From: Hormiphora californensis
Lineage: Eukaryota; Animalia; Ctenophora
Reading direction: 5' to 3'
Length of the DNA stretch: 64,000 nucleotides
Assembly (NCBI GenBank): GCA_020137815.1
Contig: CM035352.1
Location: forward strand, 1,984,001-2,048,000
Part shown: piece by piece, positions 58,868 to 64,000 of the stretch
How positions within the stretch are numbered: the first letter of the stretch is position 1
Layout of the letters: the number at the start of each line of letters is the position of its first letter
Made by a program: the position numbers and the translations under genes
The notes under the pieces: generated by a model
What the model saw: the letters and a program-made list of their open reading frames with translations, nothing else
The model's database searches: none
Told to the model about the DNA's origin: nothing

Positions 58868-59101
58868 AAGAGAAGGAGAAAGAGAGTAGAGAGAGAGAGA
58901 GAGAGAAGAGGAGAGGAGAGAGAGAGAGAGAGAGAGAAGAGATAGAAACGGATAGAGAAGCGAGAAGAGAGAGAGATAGAGAGAACCCGTCAGAGAGAGA
59001 GGAAAGAGACGGGAGAGTAATGGAAAGAAGAAAAGAAGAGAGAGAGGAAGAGAGCGAATAGTGATTTCGAGCCGCTAAGTACAGGACAATCGATAATCTC
59101 A

Positions 59102-59196
<95 letters not shown>

Positions 59197-59210
59197 ACTC
59201 TCTCACTCTC
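58790..59210. repeat. (GA)n tract followed by (TC)n tract
   Basis: Directly visible. Confidence 0.9.
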
Positions 59211-62200
59211 TCCCTTCACTTTCCTGCGCTGTAGTGGTTTAATTAGCATAGGAATTACGGGAATTAACGCGGTCCAGCCCGAATTATACACAAGCTTTTG
59301 AAGTTTCCAATAAGTTTGTAACGTGTCCAGCGGGGAAACTGCACCCACGACGCAGACGATAACACGTAAATGATAAGTTAAAAACACTTTCTTGCTGAAA
59401 ACAGAAACTGTAAGGCCAATGCTCTGACCACTGAAACACCTCTTTAGCAGATCAGGTCGAATAGTTGAGGGGACGGTAAAGTAACTGGGTACACACTTTG
59501 AATCGATACACTCTTTCCCTGTGCTCGTCAGTCCGAGGCAACCTGTTCGTTCCAACTGAGAAGATAAGAGCTGTGAAATTTAACACGCATCAACCTGCAT
59601 CAGATGTGCACTTGTACCATCGTTTAAAGTTTCACTGTTGACTGTTCTTTTATGATTATGTTTTACTTTTTACATTCCCTAAAACTAAAACTTAGTAGAT
59701 TGTTCCTAGGAAAATTATTTTGCAAAGAAAGTTATAAATGTAGACCTGCTAGAGCCTAGACCTTATTTCACCGTGTCGACCCATTTCGGTGGACTGACTT
59801 TGGTTTCTTACCGTTTCTCGAGGTACAAAAGGATTCTCGCTGAGATAAGCACCAAATTCCTGTTTCGCTAAGTGGAGCATATTCCAGGCCGTATTTGCAT
59901 TTTGTACCACCTCAAAATTCAAAAGCAGCTTCTTTCCCCCTGTCTCACACCCGGTAAAAGTACCCACACAGAACTCTGAGCACTTCATAGTCTGAACTAC
60001 CTCCTCGAGATACTGGATCCACCCTAGAGACATGATTGTCGCTATCCGACCCGTACAGTCCGCAGTTTCATATAGCTTCACCGTGAGTGTGTCGCTCCAG
60101 CGATACAGTTTAGGCAGGCTGCGGGGAGAACAGAAGGTGGCTGTTTCATCCCATTTCCCATCAGTACATGTCAGGGTGGCTGGACGGACATGTGTAACTA
60201 TCCTGTAGGTTCCGTTACACGTAGCATTACACGTGGCATTGAATCCTGTCCAGTAGTCGGGTGGGGTGCAGTGTAATGCACCGTTCGCCAGAGTGGACAA
60301 CTTGGTACAGTAGTCTGAAAACGAAATCACACTAAATTTTAACCAGGCAATCATTTCCAGTTATGATATTTACTCACTACTCAGTCAGGTAGGCTACTGA
60401 TATAAAGGAACGAGGCGAAATAAAGTGAGTCGCTCGCATGACCTACTCAATACAGTAGTTTTGGTGTCAGATGTCATTTTAGAGGTTTGTCCGTTTGTGT
60501 AGGTGACCAGAGTTGAGTAGGTGCCACTGTCTGTCGTTTTAGCCGGTGATGTCGCACTCAACTCGTACCTTGTCTAAATGATACTGGTTTTGATATCCAC
60601 GGCATTGTCTACAGAGTACCACAGCACTTAGGCAGAGCGCTTGTTAGAGCCCATGAACACACGTGGAGGTGAAATTTTCAACATACATGTGTGTTATTAG
60701 AAGATAGAGTCTTCTGGTGAAACCCAGTAGTGACATCCACGCCGTTCAGTTGTATTGCAACACTTTCTGGGCTGATGTCTGGAGAATTTTCTACTGTGAT
60801 GGTGAAATTAAAATCCTCTCCGACGCCAACGGGGGATGTTGGAAGATCCACACTGGAAATACCTGCAAATAGGTTGTCATTCTACAAGAATGCACATCTA
60901 CATGAATACACGGTTCGGAGATGGCAGTTTTTTGTGGGATAACAAATAGGCTATCCGCGGTTTTATAACAGTCATTACTCATTTATGAGTCCCTTTCAAT
61001 CGCGGTTCTCTAATAACCTTCTTTGGCAGGGGTTACTACTACTACTAGTAGTGGCAGGGGTTAGTCTTACCAAGGAAGGTGATTTTATGAGTATAGCTGA
61101 TACTTCCGAAGGTTTGGTACTCTGCAGTGCACGTATAAGATCCACTTAATGTTGGCTTTACCATGGTAACAAGAAGCCCTTCCTTTACGTATTCGTCTCC
61201 CTCTATAGCTTTTCTGTGTGGCGATAGTATAGTTCGTTTTAGTAACCTCATACCAATGAGCAAGTTTAGTTTTCTCCTTCCGGCTGAACAAAATGAGTAA
61301 ATTTCCTCATTGATATGCGGCTAATAAACAATCAACCGATCCATATTCTCCATACCTTATACCTCATACCCCGTTTTCAGTTTTGAGTTTTACCCCCCCC
61401 CCCCCCCCCCCCCGTTTACAAGCATGTGCTACTAGTAGTGTACTAAGATCGGGATTCGGGGCACCAGTCAGACTCGAGATTCATTACCCGTTAGATGATG
61501 TCCATGTGATGACAGGATGAACTGGTTGCCGTTGAAAGTCACACTTTAAACTTTCATCCCCTCTTACAATAGTCCTCTCCAACTTTGATGTGTCCATCAG
61601 TTTCTCTGAAAGGAAATAATAATTGAACCTCGATATAACGGTCTTCGGTGACAAGCATGATGTATTGAGAATTGGCTTAATCAAGAAGGATTGGCTTGTA
61701 GGTTATTTTATGTCCAAGAAAATAGAAATATTGTTTTTTTCAATTAGCTCGACCATATTACCTATCACGACGATATCAGCGTTGGCAGTTATCAGTTTAT
61801 CCCCGGCTGTGATATGGACAGACATTTCCACTGTCTTTGAAATGTTTTCCAGCGTTGTCTTGCTCTCATACTTATTCACTCCACCGTTCACCATTTTGAT
61901 GGTTGAGTTGTTCACCCCGGTGGATGGTGACCATTGCACAGTTTGGACATTAGTTGAGGTTAGGATGGTGGCTGTAAGTGTGATGGTATTCCCTTGGGTA
62001 AGGATAGCTCTGGTAGGACTGATAGTGAGAGAGGAATGGGTGTCAACAGGTACACTCTTTGAGGTGAGGACTGTTGAGTCAGGGTAGCTGGCAGTACACT
62101 TGTAATCTCCTGCCGTTGAATTCAGGGTGACATTCTTTAGTTCCAACTCTGATTTCACCTGTCGGATCAAAAGGCTGTATAAAAGTTAAAAGACCGATCG

Positions 62201-64000
62201 CTTTACTGAAAGACATGTACATTAGAAAAGTACTACATATATATTCGAATTTATGTAACAAACATTACCTTTAAAGTTTTGGAGAACTTCTCGCTTTTCA
62301 CAGTTTCTGTTTCATCTTTTATCCACTTGACCACCACATCAGCTGTGTTATCTGTGTTGCTGGTGGCCATGCACGTTAACGTTATATCTGTTCCCTCTTG
62401 GGCCATCCTGGGAACAGGCTGAGTTTCCATCCAAATTACAATGACAGCAAACTGGGAATCAATGGTTGTCTCATCTCCCTTATCATCTGCAGCTATCATC
62501 CTGCAGGTGACTTGTCTGTCTGTCTCCAAGTCTGTCTGAGTGAGAGAGTTGCCTGTTCCTACTGTTGTGCTGCCTTCAAGCCATGTCAGGGAAGGTAATG
62601 GAGTGTAGTCAGAGGCACTCTTAGCAGCTGTACACCGCAGGGTGACGTTCTTTCCTCGCTCTACAAAGTGTGTCCCTCCCCCAGTTAAACCTGCAATGTT
62701 AGATAATACATCAACAAGGAAGTCATGTCATACTGCAAGACTGTAATGTCTGTTCGGAGAGGGTCTAGTCTTTTGAAAAACAGCAAGTGAGTTCACTAGA
62801 TATAGTAGAGAGACAAGCAAGTACTGTCAGAGCATTGGCCTGACCCTATTCAAGTAGATTGTAACACCTACTGTAGGTAAGAACATTGAGTTTTGCGGTG
62901 GTGGAGTATGAGTCCTCAGGCTGGACAACCGAGCAGGTCAAAATGGTAGAAGCGGGCAGACCCGCCAGAACGGATGTTCCTAGGACAAGATATGATGACT
63001 GAACACCGTTTGATACCGTTCCTGAAGAGGTAATCGTAGTCCCAACTGGGGCATTCGGCCATGTTATTGTTACTGGGTCGGTGATGTCTGTCACATTACA
63101 TGTCACTGTGACGTCATTGCTCGGCAGCACCCATCTATCAGTAGTTTCCAGCTCTGAAAATGTTGTGGGGGATGACACACAATCAGATTGAGTTTTTTGG
63201 AAGGAAAAGGTTAAAAATACACATGAAAATGAATTTACACGTCCTGGTTGAGTTAAATCGTGTGTTTTTACCGGGTTAGGACTCCCGAAGCACTTACCAA
63301 AAACGTCAAGTGAAACCTGTAGAGTTTGAGTTATTTCCCCAGAGGTTGCGCTACCAGCATAACTGTGATCACTTGTTACATTGCTCAGTTTCAGATACAC
63401 TTCCTGTGATCCACCACTAAAGATGCCAAGTTCGGTAGTACTGGCAGCTTGTCCATCCCAGGTGGCTGAATCGAGTGCCTGGCTGAGACCAGCTACAGTG
63501 CATGTTAGAGTTGGGGAGGATCCCTTTAGTGCTGCCGTGTCAGAACATGTCGTTGCTGTGCAGGATTTAAATGTTATATCTTTTAGCATGGATTTTAGGA
63601 ATATCTTGGTATCTTACTTGGTATCATATTGTATCGATATCTAGCTTGTTATGTTCTAACCCTCCTTTACATTCGCGTGGGGGCGAATAAGGCAATATCC
63701 AGCATGGATATAATTTGATTGGCTTGAGTATCAGTGTGGTGGCTTACTTGAGTTGCTTGACACATAAATTCTAAAATTCTTTTATCAACAATTCAATGGC
63801 TTACTGATTGAAAATGTCGTCAAGATCATCGTCTTATCAAGTGCACCATCCCCACTTCCGATTCTGCAAGTAACTTGGCTTGTGTCACCCAGTGATTTCA
63901 GTTTGGAGGCTGATAAAGTGAGAGTCGATGTTTGTTCCGTTCCACTGACAGCTTCATCTTTAAATGCGGTATCTGCTGAGCTTGTCAGACCTGCTCCCTC
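59200..64000 (-). CDS. Large extracellular protein with multiple Ig-like domains and a CCP/sushi-like module (5' end outside the window)
   Basis: Repeated TLTC...W...GDYKC/GSYTC Ig patterns across GT-AG exons, and LANGALHC...ATCN...LTCTDGKWD. Confidence 0.75.

Overview
Intron-rich, repeat-rich animal genomic DNA with a 100-N scaffold gap (17496-17595). It is most likely from a cydippid ctenophore (Pleurobrachia/Hormiphora type). This is an inference from a 109-bp MITE I recognise from Pleurobrachia-type sequence and from two matches to the ctenophore spliced-leader (SL) sequence as I recall it. Host genes: a TFB1M/KsgA-family methyltransferase plus an inverted, indel-ridden copy; a TMBIM/Lifeguard-like gene; an orphan intronless ORF; an ankyrin-repeat gene; serine palmitoyltransferase 2; a TRPM-like channel; a short tropomyosin-like gene; and a large multi-Ig/CCP protein. 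Mobile DNA: a Penelope-like RT/GIY-YIG element, LINE 3' fragments, tandem Helitron-like units, several MITEs with clear TSDs, and a 1.3-kb foldback. The most notable object is an apparently complete 13.9-kb Academ (AcademX-type) DNA transposon at 21437-35319, with TAG..CTA ends and a TAA TSD. Besides its DDE+XPG transposase it carries spliced exons for two zf-CXXC (CpG-reader-type) fingers, and an SL-headed ORF trapped between two copies of its left end. Single-base indels interrupt even conserved genes, so many frameshifts and some inverted duplications may be assembly errors.
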